Assembly (NCBI GenBank): GCA_977017645.1 | Contig: OZ360241.1 | Location: 34,410,001 to 34,474,000 of the forward strand | Direction of reading: 5' to 3' | Length of the DNA: 64,000 nt | Origin: Torpedo marmorata | Taxonomy: Eukaryota | Shown here: positions 30,001 to 45,000 of the stretch, in pieces | How positions within the stretch are numbered: position 1 is the first letter of the stretch | How the letters are laid out: each line of letters opens with the position of its first letter | Program-made: the position numbers and the translations under genes | Notes under the pieces: model-generated | The model's database searches: none | What the model was told of the DNA's origin: nothing | Seen by the model: the letters and a program-made list of their open reading frames with translations, nothing else

Positions 30001-33000
30001 AACAATGACAACAACTGCAAACACAGGTGAGTGTACTTGAAATAGGAATAAGTTAGAAATACAATTCATTTTATGTCAAATAAAGCTGAAATAATTCAGA
30101 TGCGATCTCGCAATGAACGTTGTGCTGATCTTTCAACCAAATTCGCACCAGAGTTGACAGATATATTAATTTTCCCACACCTCTGTTCCTAAGCTTACTC
30201 AGCATCATTCAAAATGTATTTTCATGAAATAATCGTCTTCTAAGATGAAATTGCAATAATCAATCAATGCATTTTCTGAAACAATACTCACTATCTTCAA
30301 ACTTACTGTCACCTGACACTTTCACACTTGCAGAAACAACTGAAGCATCAAGTACCAAGGCAACTCCTGTTGCAAATACAACAATAGCACTTTCCACAAC
30401 TGCAGCAGAAACCTCAACTGCAGGCAGTACAATTGCTTTGACATCTGAAATTACATCTGCTCCAACAATGACGACAACTGCAACCACTGGTGAGTATTCT
30501 TGAAAGTGGGAAAATAAATAAATTCAATTCATTTCATATCCAATAAATCTGAAATAACTAAAATGCAATCAACCAACAAACAATTAGCTGATTCTGCAAC
30601 AAAAATTGCACAACAATTCACAGCAGGAATACACTAGTAATCAGTTGGACACTGTGCATCATTCAAAAAGGGGCTTGTAGATATCATGGTCTTATGATAC
30701 AAAATTAGATTGATCAATGCGATTAATGCATAAACATTCATTATCTTCAACCTAAACCTAACCGGACACCTTCACACTTCCAGAAACAATTGAAGCATCA
30801 AAAAGTGTAGAGGCGACCGCTGTTTCAACCACGACAACAGCACACACCACAACTGCAGCAGAAACCTCAACTGCAGGCAGTATGAGTGCTTCAACATCTG
30901 AATCTCCATCTGCTCCAATAATGACAACAACTCCAAACACTGGTGAGTGTACTTGAAATAGGAACAGTTAGAAATACAATTCATTTTACATCAAATAAAG
31001 CTGAAATAATTCAGATGCGATCTCGCAATGAACGTTGTGCTGATCTTTCAACCAAATTCGCACCAGAGTTGACAGAACGATTTATCTTCGCTCACCTCTG
31101 TTCATAAGGTTACTCAGCATCATTCAAAATGTATTTTCATGAAATAATCGTCTTCTAAGATGAAATTGCAATAATCAATCAATGCATTTTCTGAAACAAT
31201 ACTCACTATCTTCAAACTTACTGTCACCTGACACTTTCACACTTGCAGAAACAACTGAAGCATCAAGTACAGAGGCGACCACTGTTGCAACCACGACAAT
31301 AGCACTTTCCACAACTGCAGCAGAAACCTCAAATGTAGGCAGTACAAGTGCTTTGACATCTGAAATTACATCTGCTCCAACAATGACGACAACTGCAACC
31401 ACTGGTGAGTATTCTTGAAAGTGGAAAAATAAATATATTCAATTCATTTCATATCCAATAAATCTGAAATAATTAAAATGCTATCAACCAACAACCAATT
31501 AGCGGATTCTGCAACAAAAATAGCACTGCAATTCGCAGCAGGAATTGGCCAGTATTCAGTGTTCAGTAGGACACAGTGCATCATTAAAAAAGTAGCTTGA
31601 AGTTATCATGGCTTTCTGACATGAATTTGGAGAGAGAGATCAATGCGATTTCTGTATAAACACTCACTATCTTCAAACTAACTGTAACTTGACACCTTCA
31701 CACTTCCAGAAACAACGGAAGCATCAACAAGTGCAGAGGCGACCACTGTTGCAACTACGACAATAGCACTTTCCACAACTGCAGCAGGAACCTCAACTGC
31801 AGGCAGTACAAGTGCTTTGACATCTGAAATTACATCTGCTCCAACAATGATGACAACTGCAACCACTGGTGAGAATTGTTGAAAGTGGTAAAATAAATAA
31901 ATTCAATTCATTTCATATCCAATAAATCTGAAATAATTGAAATGCAATCAGCCAACAAACAATTAGCGGATTCTGCAACAAAAATAGCACTGCAATTCGC
32001 AGCAGGAATTGGCCAGTATTCAGGTGTTAAGTAGGACATAGTGCATCATTCAAAAAGTAGCTTGACGTTATCATGGCTTTCTGAAATTGGAGTGAGAGAT
32101 CAATGCGATTTCTGTATAAACACTCACTATCTTCAAGCTAACTGTAACTTGACACCTTCACACTTCCAGAAACAACTGAAGCATCAACAAGTGCAGAGGC
32201 GACCGCTGCTTCAACCACGACAACAGCACACACCACAACTGCAGCAGAAACCTCAACTGCAGGCAGTATGAGTGCTTCAACATCTGAAACTACATCTGCT
32301 CCAACAATGACAACAACTGCAAACACAGGTGAGTGTTCTTGAAATAGGAATAAGTTAGAAATACAATTCATTTTATGTCAAATAAAGCTGAAATAATTCA
32401 GATGCGATCTCGCAATGAACGTTGTGCTGATCTTTCAACCAAATTCGCACCAGAGTTGACAGAAATATTAATTTTCCCACACCTCTGTTCCTCAGGTTAC
32501 TCAGCATCATTCAAAATGTATTTTCATGAAATAATCGTCTTCTAAGATGAAATTGCAATAATCAATCAATGCATTTTCTGAAACAATACTCACTATCTTC
32601 AATCTTACTGTCACCTGACACTTTCACACTTGCAGAAACAACTGAAGCATCAAGTACCAAGGCAACTCCTGTTGCAAATACAACAATAGCACTTTCCACA
32701 ACAGCAGCAGAAACCTCAACTGCAGGCAGTACAATTGCTTTGACATCTGAAATTACATCTGCTCCAACAATGACGACAACTGCAACCACTGGTGAGTATT
32801 CTTGAAAGTGGGAAAATAAATAAATTCAATTCATTTCATATCCAATAAATCTGAAATAACTAAAATGCAATCAACCAACAAACAATTAGCTGATTCTGCA
32901 ACAAAAATTGCACAATAATTCACAGCAGGAATACACTAGTAATCAGTTGGACACTGTGCATCATTCAAAAAGGGGCTTGTAGATATCATGGTCTTATGAT

Positions 33001-36000
33001 ACAAAATTAGATTGATCAATGCGATTAATGCATAAACATTCATTATCTTCAACCTAAACCTAACCGGACACCTTCACACTTCCAGAAACAATTGAAGCAT
33101 CAAAAAGTGTAGAGGCGACCGCCGTTTCAACCACGACAACAGCACACACCACAACTGCAGCAGAAACCTCAACTGCAGGCAGTACGAGTGCTTCAACGTC
33201 TGAATCTCCATCTGCTCCAACAATGACAACAACTCCAAACACTGGTGAGTGTACTTGAAATAGGAACAGTTAGAAATACAATTCATTTTACATCAAATAA
33301 AGCTGAAATAATTCAGATGCGATCTCGCAATGAACGTTGTGCTAATCTTTCAACCAAATTCGCACCAGAGTTGACAGAACGATTTATCTTCGCTCACCTC
33401 TGTTCCTAAGGTTACTCAGCATCATTCAAAATGTATTTTCATGAAATAATCGTCTTCTAAGATGAAATTGCAATAATCAATCAATGCATTTTCTGAAACA
33501 ATACTCACTATCTTCAAATTTACTGTCACCTGACACTTTCACACTTGCAGAAACAACTAAAGCATCAAGTACAGAGGCGACCACTGTTGCAACCACGACA
33601 ATAGCACTTTCCACAACTGCAGCAGAAACCTCAAATGTGGGCAGTACAAGTGCTTTGACATCTGAAATTACATCTGCTCCAACAATGACGACAACTGCAA
33701 CCACTGGTGAGTATTCTTGAAAGTGGAAAAATAAATATATTCAATTCATTTCATATCCAATAAATCTGAAATAATTAAAATGCTATCAACCAACAAACAA
33801 TTAGCGGATTCTGCAACAAAAATTGCACTGCAATTCGCAGCAGGAATTGGCCAGTATTCAGTGTTCAGTAGGACACAGTGCATCATTAAAAAAGTAGCTT
33901 GAAGTTATCATGGCTTTCTGACACGAATTTGGAGAGAGAGATCAATGCGATTTCTGTATAAACACTCACTATCTTCAAACTAACTGTAACTTGACATCTT
34001 CACACTTCCAGAAACAACTGAAGCATCAACAAGTGCAGAGGCGACCACTGTTGCAACTACGACAATAGCACTTTCCACAACTGCAGCAGGAACCTCAACT
34101 GCAGGCAGTACAAGTGCTTTGACATCTGAAATTACATCTGCTCCAACAATGATGACAACTGCAACCACTGGTGAGAATTGTTGAAAGTGGAAAAATAAAT
34201 AAATTCAATTCATTTCATATCCAATAAATCTGAAATAATTGAAATGCAATCAGCCAACAAACAATTAGCGGATTCTGCAACAAAAATTGCACTGTAATTC
34301 GCAGCAGGAATTGGCCAGTATTCAGGTGTTCAGGAGGACATAGTGCATCATTCAAAAAGTAGATTGACGTTATCATGGCTTTCTGAAATTGGAGAGAGAG
34401 ATCAATGCGATTTCTGTATAAACACTCACTATCTTCAAGCTAACTGTAACTTGACACCTTCACACTTCCAGAAACAATTGAAGCATCAACAAGTGCAGAG
34501 GCGACCACTGTTTCAACCACGACAACAGCACACACCACAACTCCAGCAGAAACCTCAACTGCAGGCAGTACGAGTGCTTCAACACCTGAAACTACATCTG
34601 CTCCAACAACAAAGGCAAGCACTGGTGAGTATTTTTGAAAGAGGAAAAGATATAAAATCAGTTCATTTCATGTCCAATAAATCTGAAATAATCCAACAAA
34701 CAATCTGCTGATTTTCCTGCCAAACACGCACCAGAATTAACAGAAAGAATAAAGTTCCAGGAAACATTGTTCAGAAATTTACTCAGCATCATTCAAAATG
34801 TATTTTAATGACACAATCGTTTGTGCAAAAGCACTCACTATCTTTAAACTTCCTGCAAATTGACACTTTCACGCTTCCAGAAACAACTGAAACATCAATA
34901 AGTACAGAGGCGACGAATGTGGAAACCACGACAACTGCAGTGACCACAAATGCAGCAGAAACCTCAACTGCAGGCAGTATGAGTGCTTCAACATCTGAAA
35001 CTCCATCTGCTCCAACAATGACAACAACTGCAAACACAGGTGAGTGTACTTGAAATAGGAATAAGTTAGAAATACAATTCATTTTATGTCAAATAAAGCT
35101 GAAATAATTCAGATGCGATCTCGCAATGAACGTTGTGCTGATCTTTCAACCAAATTCGCACCAAAGTTGACAGAACGATTTATCTTCCCTCACCTCTGTT
35201 CATAACGTTACTCAGCATCATTCAAAATGTATTTTCATGAAATAATCGTCTTCTAAGATGAAATTGCAATAATCAATCAATGCATTTTCTGAAACAATAC
35301 TCACTATCTTCAAATTTACTGTCACCTGACACTTTCACACTTGCAGAAACAACTAAAGCATCAAGTACAGAGGCGACCACTGTTGCAACCACGACAATAG
35401 CACTTTCCACAACTGCAGCAGAAACCTCAAATGTAGGCAGTACAAGTGCTTTGACATCTGAAATTACATCTGCTCCAACAATGACGACAACTGTAACCAC
35501 TGGTGAGTATTCTTGAAAGTGGAAAAATAAATACATTCAATTCATTTCATATCCAATAAATATGAAATAATTAAAATGCTATCAACCAACAAACAATTAG
35601 CGGATTCTACAACAAAAATAGCACTGCAATTCGCAGCACGAATTGGCCAGTATTCAGTGTTCAGTAGGACACAGTGCATCATTAAAAAAGTAGCTTGAAG
35701 TTATCATGGCTTTCTGACACGAATTTGGAGAGAGAGATCAATGCGATTTCTGTATAAACACTCACTATCTTCAAACTAACTGTAACTTGACACTTTCACA
35801 CTTCCAGAAACAACTGAAGCATCAACAAGTGCAGAGGCGACCACTGTTGCAACTACGACAATAGCACTTTCCACAACTGCAGCAGAAACCTCAACTGCAG
35901 GCAGTACAAGTGCTTTGACATCTGAAATTACAGCTGCTCCAACAATGATGACAACTGCAACCACTGGTGAGAATTGTTGAAAGTGGTAAAATAAATAAAT

Positions 36001-39000
36001 TCAATTCATTTCATATCCAATAAATCTGAAATAATTGAAATGCAATCAGCCAACAAACAATTAGCGGATTCTGCAACAAAAATAGCACTGCAATTTGCAG
36101 CAGGAATTGGCCAGTATTCAGGTGTTCAGTAGGACATAGTGCATCATTCAAAAAGTAGCTTGACGTTATCATGGCTTTCTGAAATTGGAGTGAGAGATCA
36201 ATGCGATTTCTGTATAAACACTCACTATCTTCAAGCTAACTGTAACTTGACACCTTCACACTTCCAGAAACAACTGAAGCATCAACAAGTGTAGAGGCGA
36301 CCGCTGCTTCAACCACGACAACAGCACACACCACAACTGCAGCAGAAACCTCAACTGCAGGCAGTATGAGTGCTTCAACATCTGAAACTACATCTGCTCC
36401 AACAATGACAACAACTGCAAACACAGGTGAGTGTACTTGAAATAGGAATAAGTTAGAAATACAATTCATTTTATGTCAAATAAAGCTGAAATAATTCAGA
36501 TGCGATCTCGCAATGAACGTTGTGCTGATCTTTCAACCAAATTCGCACCAGAGTTGACAGAAATATTAATTTTCCCACACCTCTGTTCCTAAGGTTACTC
36601 AGCATCATTCAAAATGTATTTTCATGAAATAATCGTCTTCTAAGATGAAATTGCAATAATCAATCAATGCATTTTCTGAAACAATACTCACTATCTTCAA
36701 TCTTACTGTCACCTGACACTTTCACACTTGCAGAAACAACTGAAGCATCAAGTACCAAGGCAACTCCTGTTGCAAATACAACAATAGCACTTTCCACAAC
36801 TGCAGCAGAAACCTCAACTGCAGGCAGTACAAGTGCTTTGACATCTGAAATTACATCTACTCCAACAATGACGACAACTGCAACCACTGGTGAGTATTCT
36901 TGAAAGTGGTAAAATAAATAAATTCAATTAATTTCATATCCAATAAATCTGAAATAACTAAAATGCAATCAACCAACAAACAATTAGCTGATTCTGCAAC
37001 AAAAATTGCACAACAATTCACAGCAGGAATACACTAGTAATCAGTTGGACACTGTGCATCATTCAAAAAGGGGCTTGTAGATATCATGGTCTTATGATAC
37101 AAAATTAGATTGATCAATGCGATTAATGCATAAACATTCATTATCTTCAACCTAAACCTAACCGGACACCTTCACACTTCCAGAAACAACTGAAGCATCA
37201 ACAAGTGTAGAGGCGACCGCTGTTTCAACCACGACAACAGCACACACCACAACTGCAGCAGAAACCTCAACTGCAGGCAGTATGAGTGCTTCAACATCTG
37301 AAACTACATCTGCTCCAACAATGACAACAACTGCAAACACAGGTGGGTGTACTTGAAATAGGAACAAGTTAGAAATACAATTCATTTTACATCAAATAAA
37401 GCTGAAATAATTCAGATGCGATCTCGCAATGAACGTTGTGCTGATCTTTCAACCAAATTCGCACCAGAGTTGACAGAACGATTTATCTTCCCTCACCTCT
37501 GTTCATAAGGTTACTCAGCATCATTCAAAATGTATTTACATGAAATAATCGTCTTCTAAGATGAAATTGCAATAATCAATCAATGCATTTTCTGAAACAA
37601 TACTCACTATCTTCAAATTTACTGTCACCTGACACTTTCACACTTGCAGAAACAACTAAAGCATCAAGTACAGAGGCGACCACTGTTGCAACCACGACAA
37701 TAGCACTTTCCACAACTGCAGCAGAAACCTCAAATGTAGGCAGTACAAGTGCTTTGACATCTGAAATTACATCTGCTCCAACAATGACGACAACTGCAAC
37801 CACTGGTGAGTATTCTTGAAAGTGGAAAAATAAATAAATTCAATTCATTTCATATCCAATAAATATGAAATAATTAAAATGCTATCAACCAACAAACAAT
37901 TAGCGGATTCTGCAACAAAAATAGCACTGCAATTCGCAGCACGAATTGGCCAGTATTCAGTGTTCAGTAGGACACAGTGCATCATTAAAAAAGTAGCTTG
38001 AAGTTATCATGGCTTTCTGACACGAATTTGGAGAGAGAGAGATCAATGCGATTTCTGTATAAACACTCACTATCTTCAAACTAACTGTAACTTGACACCT
38101 TCACACTTCCAGAAACTACTGAAGCATCAACAAGTGCAGAGGCGACCACTGTTGCAACTACGACAATAGCACTTTCCACAACTGCAGCAGAAACCTCAAC
38201 TGCAGGCAGTACAAGTGCTTTGACATCTGAAATTACATCTGCTCCAACAATGATGACAACTGCAACCACTGGTGAGAATTGTTGAAAGTGGTAAAATAAA
38301 TAAATTCAATTCATTTCATATCCAATAAATCTGAAATAATTGAAATGCAATCAGCCAACAAACAATTAGCGGATTCTGCAACAAAAATAGCACTGCAATT
38401 CGCAGCAGGAATTGGCCAGTATTCAGGTGTTCAGTAGGACATAGTGCATCATTCAAAAAGTAGCTTGACGTTATCATGGCTTTCTGAAATTGGAGTGAGA
38501 GATCAATGCGATTTCTGTATAAACACTCACTATCTTCAAGCTAACTGTAACTTGACACCTTCACACTTCCAGTAACAACTGAACCATCAACAAGTGTAGA
38601 GGCGACCGCTGCTTCAACCACGACAACAGCACACACCACAACTGCAGCAGAAACCTCAACTGCAGGCAGTATGAGTGCTTCAACATCTGAAACTACATCT
38701 GCTCCAACAATGACAACAACTGCAAACACAGGTGAGTGTACTTGAAATAGGAATAAGTTAGAAATACAATTCATTTTATGTCAAATAAAGCTGAAATAAT
38801 TCAGATGCGATCTCGCAATGAACATTGTGCTGATCTTTCAACCAAATTCGCACCAGAGTTGACAGAAATATTAATTTTCCCACACCTCTGTTCCTAAGGT
38901 TACTCAGCATCATTCAAAATGTATTTTCATGAAATAATCGTCTTCTAAGATGAAATTGCAATAATCAATCAATGCATTTTCTGAAACAATACTCACTATC

Positions 39001-42000
39001 TTCAATCTTACTGTCACCTGACACTTTCACACTTGCAGAAACAACTGAAGCATCAAGTGCCAAGGCAACTCCTGTTGCAACTACGACAATAGCACTTTCC
39101 ACAACTGCAGCAGAAACCTCAACTGCAGGCAGTTCAAGTGCTTTGACATCTGAAATTACATCTACTCCAACAATGACGACAACTGCAACCACTGGTGAGT
39201 ATTCTTGAAAGTGGAAAAATAAATAAATTCAATTCATTTCATATCCAATAAATCTGAAATAACTAAAATGCAATCAACCAACAAACAATTAGCTGATTCT
39301 GCAACAAAAATTGCACAACAATTCACAGCAGGAATACACTAGTAATCAGTTGGACACTGTGCATCATTCAAAAAGTAGCTTGTAGATATCATGGTCTTAT
39401 GATACAAAATTAGATTGATCAATGCGATTAATGCATAAACATTCATTATCTTCAACCTAAACCTAACCGGACACCTTCACACTTCCAGAAACAACTGAAG
39501 CATCAACAAGTGTAGAGGCGACCGCTGTTTCAACCATGACAACAGTACACACCACAACTGCAGCAGAAACCTCAACTGCAGGCAGTATGAGTGCTTCAAC
39601 ATCTGAAACTACATCTGCTCCAACAATGACAACAACTGCAAACACAGGTGAGTGTACTTGAAATAGGAACAAGTTAGAAATACAATTCATTTTACATCAA
39701 ATAAAGCTGAAATAATTCAGATGCGATCTCGCAATGAACGTTGTGCTGATCTTTCAACCAAATTCGCACCAGAGTTGACAGAACGATTTATCTTCCCTCA
39801 CCTCTGTTCATAAGGTTACTCAGCATCATTCAAAATGTATTTTCATGAAATAATCGTCTTCTAAGATGAAATTGCAATAATCAATCAATGCATTTTCTGA
39901 AACAATACTCACTATCTTCAAACTTACTGTCACCTGACACTTTCACACTTGCAGAAACAACTGAAGCATCAACAAGTACAGAGGCGACCACTGTTGCAAC
40001 TACGACAATAGCACTTTCCACAACTGCAGCAGAAACCTCAACTGCAGGCAGTACAAGTGCTTTGACATCTGAAATTACATCTACTCCAACAATGACGACA
40101 ACTGCAACCACTGGTGAGTATTCTTGAAAGTGGAAAAATAAATAAATTCAATTAATTTCATATCCAATAAATCTGAAATAACTAAAATGCAATCAACCAA
40201 CAAACAATTAGCTGATTCTGCAACAAAAATTGCACAACAATTCACAGCAGGAATACACTAGTAATCAGTTGGACACTGTGCATCATTCAAAAAGGGGCTT
40301 GTAGATATCATGGTCTTATGATACAAAATTAGATTGATCAATGCGATTAATGCATAAACATTCATTATCTTCAACCTAAACCTAACCGGACACCTTCACA
40401 CTTCCAGAAACAACTGAAGCATCAACAAGTGTAGAGGCGACCGCTGTTTCAACCACGACAACAGCACACACCACAACTGCAGCAGAAACCTCAACTGCAG
40501 GCAGTATGAGTGCTTCAACATCTGAAACTACATCTGCTCCAACAATGACAACAACTGCAAACACAGGTGGGTGTACTTGAAATAGGAACAAGTTAGAAAT
40601 ACAATTCATTTTACATCAAATAAAGCTGAAATAATTCAGATGCGATCTCGCAATGAACGTTGTGCTGATCTTTCAACCAAATTCGCACCAGAGTTGACAG
40701 AACGATTTATCTTCCCTCACCTCTGTTCATAAGGTTACTCAGCATCATTCAAAATGTATTTACATGAAATAATCGTCTTCTAAGATGAAATTGCAATAAT
40801 CAATCAATGCATTTTCTGAAACAATACTCACTATCTTCAAATTTACTGTCACCTGACACTTTCACACTTGCAGAAACAACTAAAGCATCAAGTACAGAGG
40901 CGACCACTGTTGCAACCACGACAATAGCACTTTCCACAACTGCAGCAGAAACCTCAAATGTAGGCAGTACAAGTGCTTTGACATCTGAAATTACATCTGC
41001 TCCAACAATGACGACAACTGCAACCACTGGTGAGTATTCTTGAAAGTGGAAAAATAAATAAATTCAATTCATTTCATATCCAATAAATATGAAATAATTA
41101 AAATGCTATCAACCAACAAACAATTAGCGGATTCTGCAACAAAAATAGCACTGCAATTCGCAGCACGAATTGGCCAGTATTCAGTGTTCAGTAGGACACA
41201 GTGCATCATTAAAAAAGTAGCTTGAAGTTATCATGGCTTTCTGACACGAATTTGGAGAGAGAGAGATCAATGCGATTTCTGTATAAACACTCACTATCTT
41301 CAAACTAACTGTAACTTGACACCTTCACACTTCCAGAAACTACTGAAGCATCAACAAGTGCAGAGGCGACCACTGTTGCAACTACGACAATAGCACTTTC
41401 CACAACTGCAGCAGAAACCTCAACTGCAGGCAGTACAAGTGCTTTGACATCTGAAATTACATCTGCTCCAACAATGATGACAACTGCAACCACTGGTGAG
41501 AATTGTTGAAAGTGGTAAAATAAATAAATTCAATTCATTTCATATCCAATAAATCTGAAATAATTGAAATGCAATCAGCCAACAAACAATTAGCGGATTC
41601 TGCAACAAAAATAGCACTGCAATTCGCAGCAGGAATTGGCCAGTATTCAGGTGTTCAGTAGGACATAGTGCATCATTCAAAAAGTAGCTTGACGTTATCA
41701 TGGCTTTCTGAAATTGGAGTGAGAGATCAATGCGATTTCTGTATAAACACTCACTATCTTCAAGCTAACTGTAACTTGACACCTTCACACTTCCAGTAAC
41801 AACTGAACCATCAACAAGTGTAGAGGCGACCGCTGCTTCAACCACGACAACAGCACACACCACAACTGCAGCAGAAACCTCAACTGCAGGCAGTATGAGT
41901 GCTTCAACATCTGAAACTACATCTGCTCCAACAATGACAACAACTGCAAACACAGGTGAGTGTACTTGAAATAGGAATAAGTTAGAAATACAATTCATTT

Positions 42001-45000
42001 TATGTCAAATAAAGCTGAAATAATTCAGATGCGATCTCGCAATGAACATTGTGCTGATCTTTCAACCAAATTCGCACCAGAGTTGACAGAAATATTAATT
42101 TTCCCACACCTCTGTTCCTAAGGTTACTCAGCATCATTCAAAATGTATTTTCATGAAATAATCGTCTTCTAAGATGAAATTGCAATAATCAATCAATGCA
42201 TTTTCTGAAACAATACTCACTATCTTCAATCTTACTGTCACCTGACACTTTCACACTTGCAGAAACAACTGAAGCATCAAGTGCCAAGGCAACTCCTGTT
42301 GCAACTACGACAATAGCACTTTCCACAACTGCAGCAGAAACCTCAACTGCAGGCAGTTCAAGTGCTTTGACATCTGAAATTACATCTACTCCAACAATGA
42401 CGACAACTGCAACCACTGGTGAGTATTCTTGAAAGTGGAAAAATAAATAAATTCAATTCATTTCATATCCAATAAATCTGAAATAACTAAAATGCAATCA
42501 ACCAACAAACAATTAGCTGATTCTGCAACAAAAATTGCACAACAATTCACAGCAGGAATACACTAGTAATCAGTTGGACACTGTGCATCATTCAAAAAGT
42601 AGCTTGTAGATATCATGGTCTTATGATACAAAATTAGATTGATCAATGCGATTAATGCATAAACATTCATTATCTTCAACCTAAACCTAACCGGACACCT
42701 TCACACTTCCAGAAACAACTGAAGCATCAACAAGTGTAGAGGCGACCGCTGTTTCAACCATGACAACAGTACACACCACAACTGCAGCAGAAACCTCAAC
42801 TGCAGGCAGTATGAGTGCTTCAACATCTGAAACTACATCTGCTCCAACAATGACAACAACTGCAAACACAGGTGAGTGTACTTGAAATAGGAACAAGTTA
42901 GAAATACAATTCATTTTACATCAAATAAAGCTGAAATAATTCAGATGCGATCTCGCAATGAACGTTGTGCTGATCTTTCAACCAAATTCGCACCAGAGTT
43001 GACAGAACGATTTATCTTCCCTCACCTCTGTTCATAAGGTTACTCAGCATCATTCAAAATGTATTTTCATGAAATAATCGTCTTCTAAGATGAAATTGCA
43101 ATAATCAATCAATGCATTTTCTGAAACAATACTCACTATCTTCAAACTTACTGTCACCTGACACTTTCACACTTGCAGAAACAACTGAAGCATCAACAAG
43201 TACAGAGGCGACCACTGTTGCAACTACGACAATAGCACTTTCCACAACTGCAGCAGAAACCTCAACTGCAGGCAGTACAAGTGCTTTGACATCTGAAATT
43301 ACATCTGCTCCAACAATGACGACAACTGCAACCACTGGTGAGTATTCTTGAAAGTGGAAAAATAAATAAATTCAATTCATTTCATATCCAATAAATCGGA
43401 AATAATTAAAATGCAATCATCCAACAAACAATTAGCGAATTCTGCAACAAAAATTGAAGTTTTATCATGGCTTTCTGACACGAAATTGGACAGAGAGATC
43501 AATGCGATTTCTGTATAAACACTCACTATCTTCAAACTAACTGTAACTTGACACCTTCACATTTCCAGAAACAACTGAAGCATCAACAAGTGCAGAGGCG
43601 AATGCTGTTTCAACCACGACAACAGCACACACCACAACTGCAGCAGAAACCTCAACTGCAGGCAGTACGAGTGCTTCAACACCTGAAACTACATCTGCTC
43701 CAACAACAAAGGCAAGCACTGGTGAGTATTTTTGAAAGAGGAAAAGATATAAAATCAGTTCATTTCATGTCCAATAAACCTGAAATAATTCAGATAAGGT
43801 CATCCAACAAGCAATATGCTAATTTTCCTGCCAAATACGCACCAGAATTGAAAGGAAGAATAAAGTTCCAGGAAACATTGTTCAGAAGTTTACTCAGCAT
43901 CATTCAAAATGTATTTTCATGACATAATCGTTTGTGCAAAAGCACTCACTATCTTTTAACTTCCTGCAACATGACACTTTCACGCTTCCAGAAACATCTG
44001 AAACGTCAACAAGTTCAGAGGTGACGACTGTGGAAACCACGACAACTGCAGAGACCACAACTGCAGCAGAAACATCAACTGTAGGCAGTTCGAGTGCTTC
44101 AACATCTGAAACTACCTCTGCTCCAACAATGACGACAACTGCAACCACTGGTGAGTATTCTTGAAAGTGGAAAAGTAATAAATTCAATTCATTTCATATC
44201 CAATAAATCTGAAATAACTAAAATGCAATCAACCAACAAACAATTAGCTGCAAATTGCAACAAACATAGAATCCCCCTCATCCTCACCTACCACCCCACC
44301 AGCCTCCGCATCCAACACATTATCCGCCGGAATTTCCGGCACTTACTACAGGATCCCACCACCAGACACATTTTTCCTTCTCCTCCCCTCTCGGCCTTCC
44401 GTAGGGACCGCTCCCTCCGCGATTCACTCGTGCACTCATCCCTCCCCACCCATTGCACCCCCGGAACCTTCCCCTGTACCCGCAGGAGGTGCAACACCTG
44501 CGCCCACACCTCCCCCCTCACCACGGTCCAGGGCCCCAAACAGGCCTTCCAAGTGAAACTACACTTCACTTGTACATCTAGAGAACTTATTTACTGCATC
44601 CGGTGCTCCCTTTGTGGCTTTCTATACATTGGAGAGACCGGTCGTAGATTGGGAGACCGCTTTGCTGAGCACCTCCTCTCCGTCTGCAACAACAGCGACC
44701 TCCCAGTATCCAACCATTTCAATTCCGGGTCACACTCCCACACTCACATGTCTGTCCATGGCCTCATGTACTATCCCACCCAGACAACCCGCAAATTGGA
44801 GGAACAACATCTCATATTCCGTCTCGACACTCTCCAGCCAGATGGCAATAACATTGACTTTTCTGCTTTCCACTAAACCTGCTTGTTGTTCCCTTCCCCT
44901 CCCCCCTCACCTGTCCTTCCTGTTTTTCTCCAGCTACCTAGCCATCCCTCCTCCCCCTCTTTGCTGCTGTCCCCTCCCTCCTTTCTCCACCTATCATCTC

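Larger units (their letters stand above)
1836..35346 (+). repeat. Homogeneous higher-order repeat, 2711-bp 6-exon unit (B1-B2-C-D-B3-A); about 10 complete copies, two 5-exon (~2302 bp) variants and one partial copy
   Basis: Homologous ORF-track coordinates recur at 9989, 12700, 15411, 18122, 20833, 23544 and 26255 (step 2711), then 28967 (2712). The 5-mer steps are 6767 to 9070 and 30758 to 33060. Confidence 0.95.

Noticed and set aside
1-44237. CRISPR array or non-coding satellite DNA
   Set aside because: There are no unique spacers or cas genes and the context is eukaryotic. Triplet-only exonic indels and conserved splice sites argue against a purely non-coding satellite.
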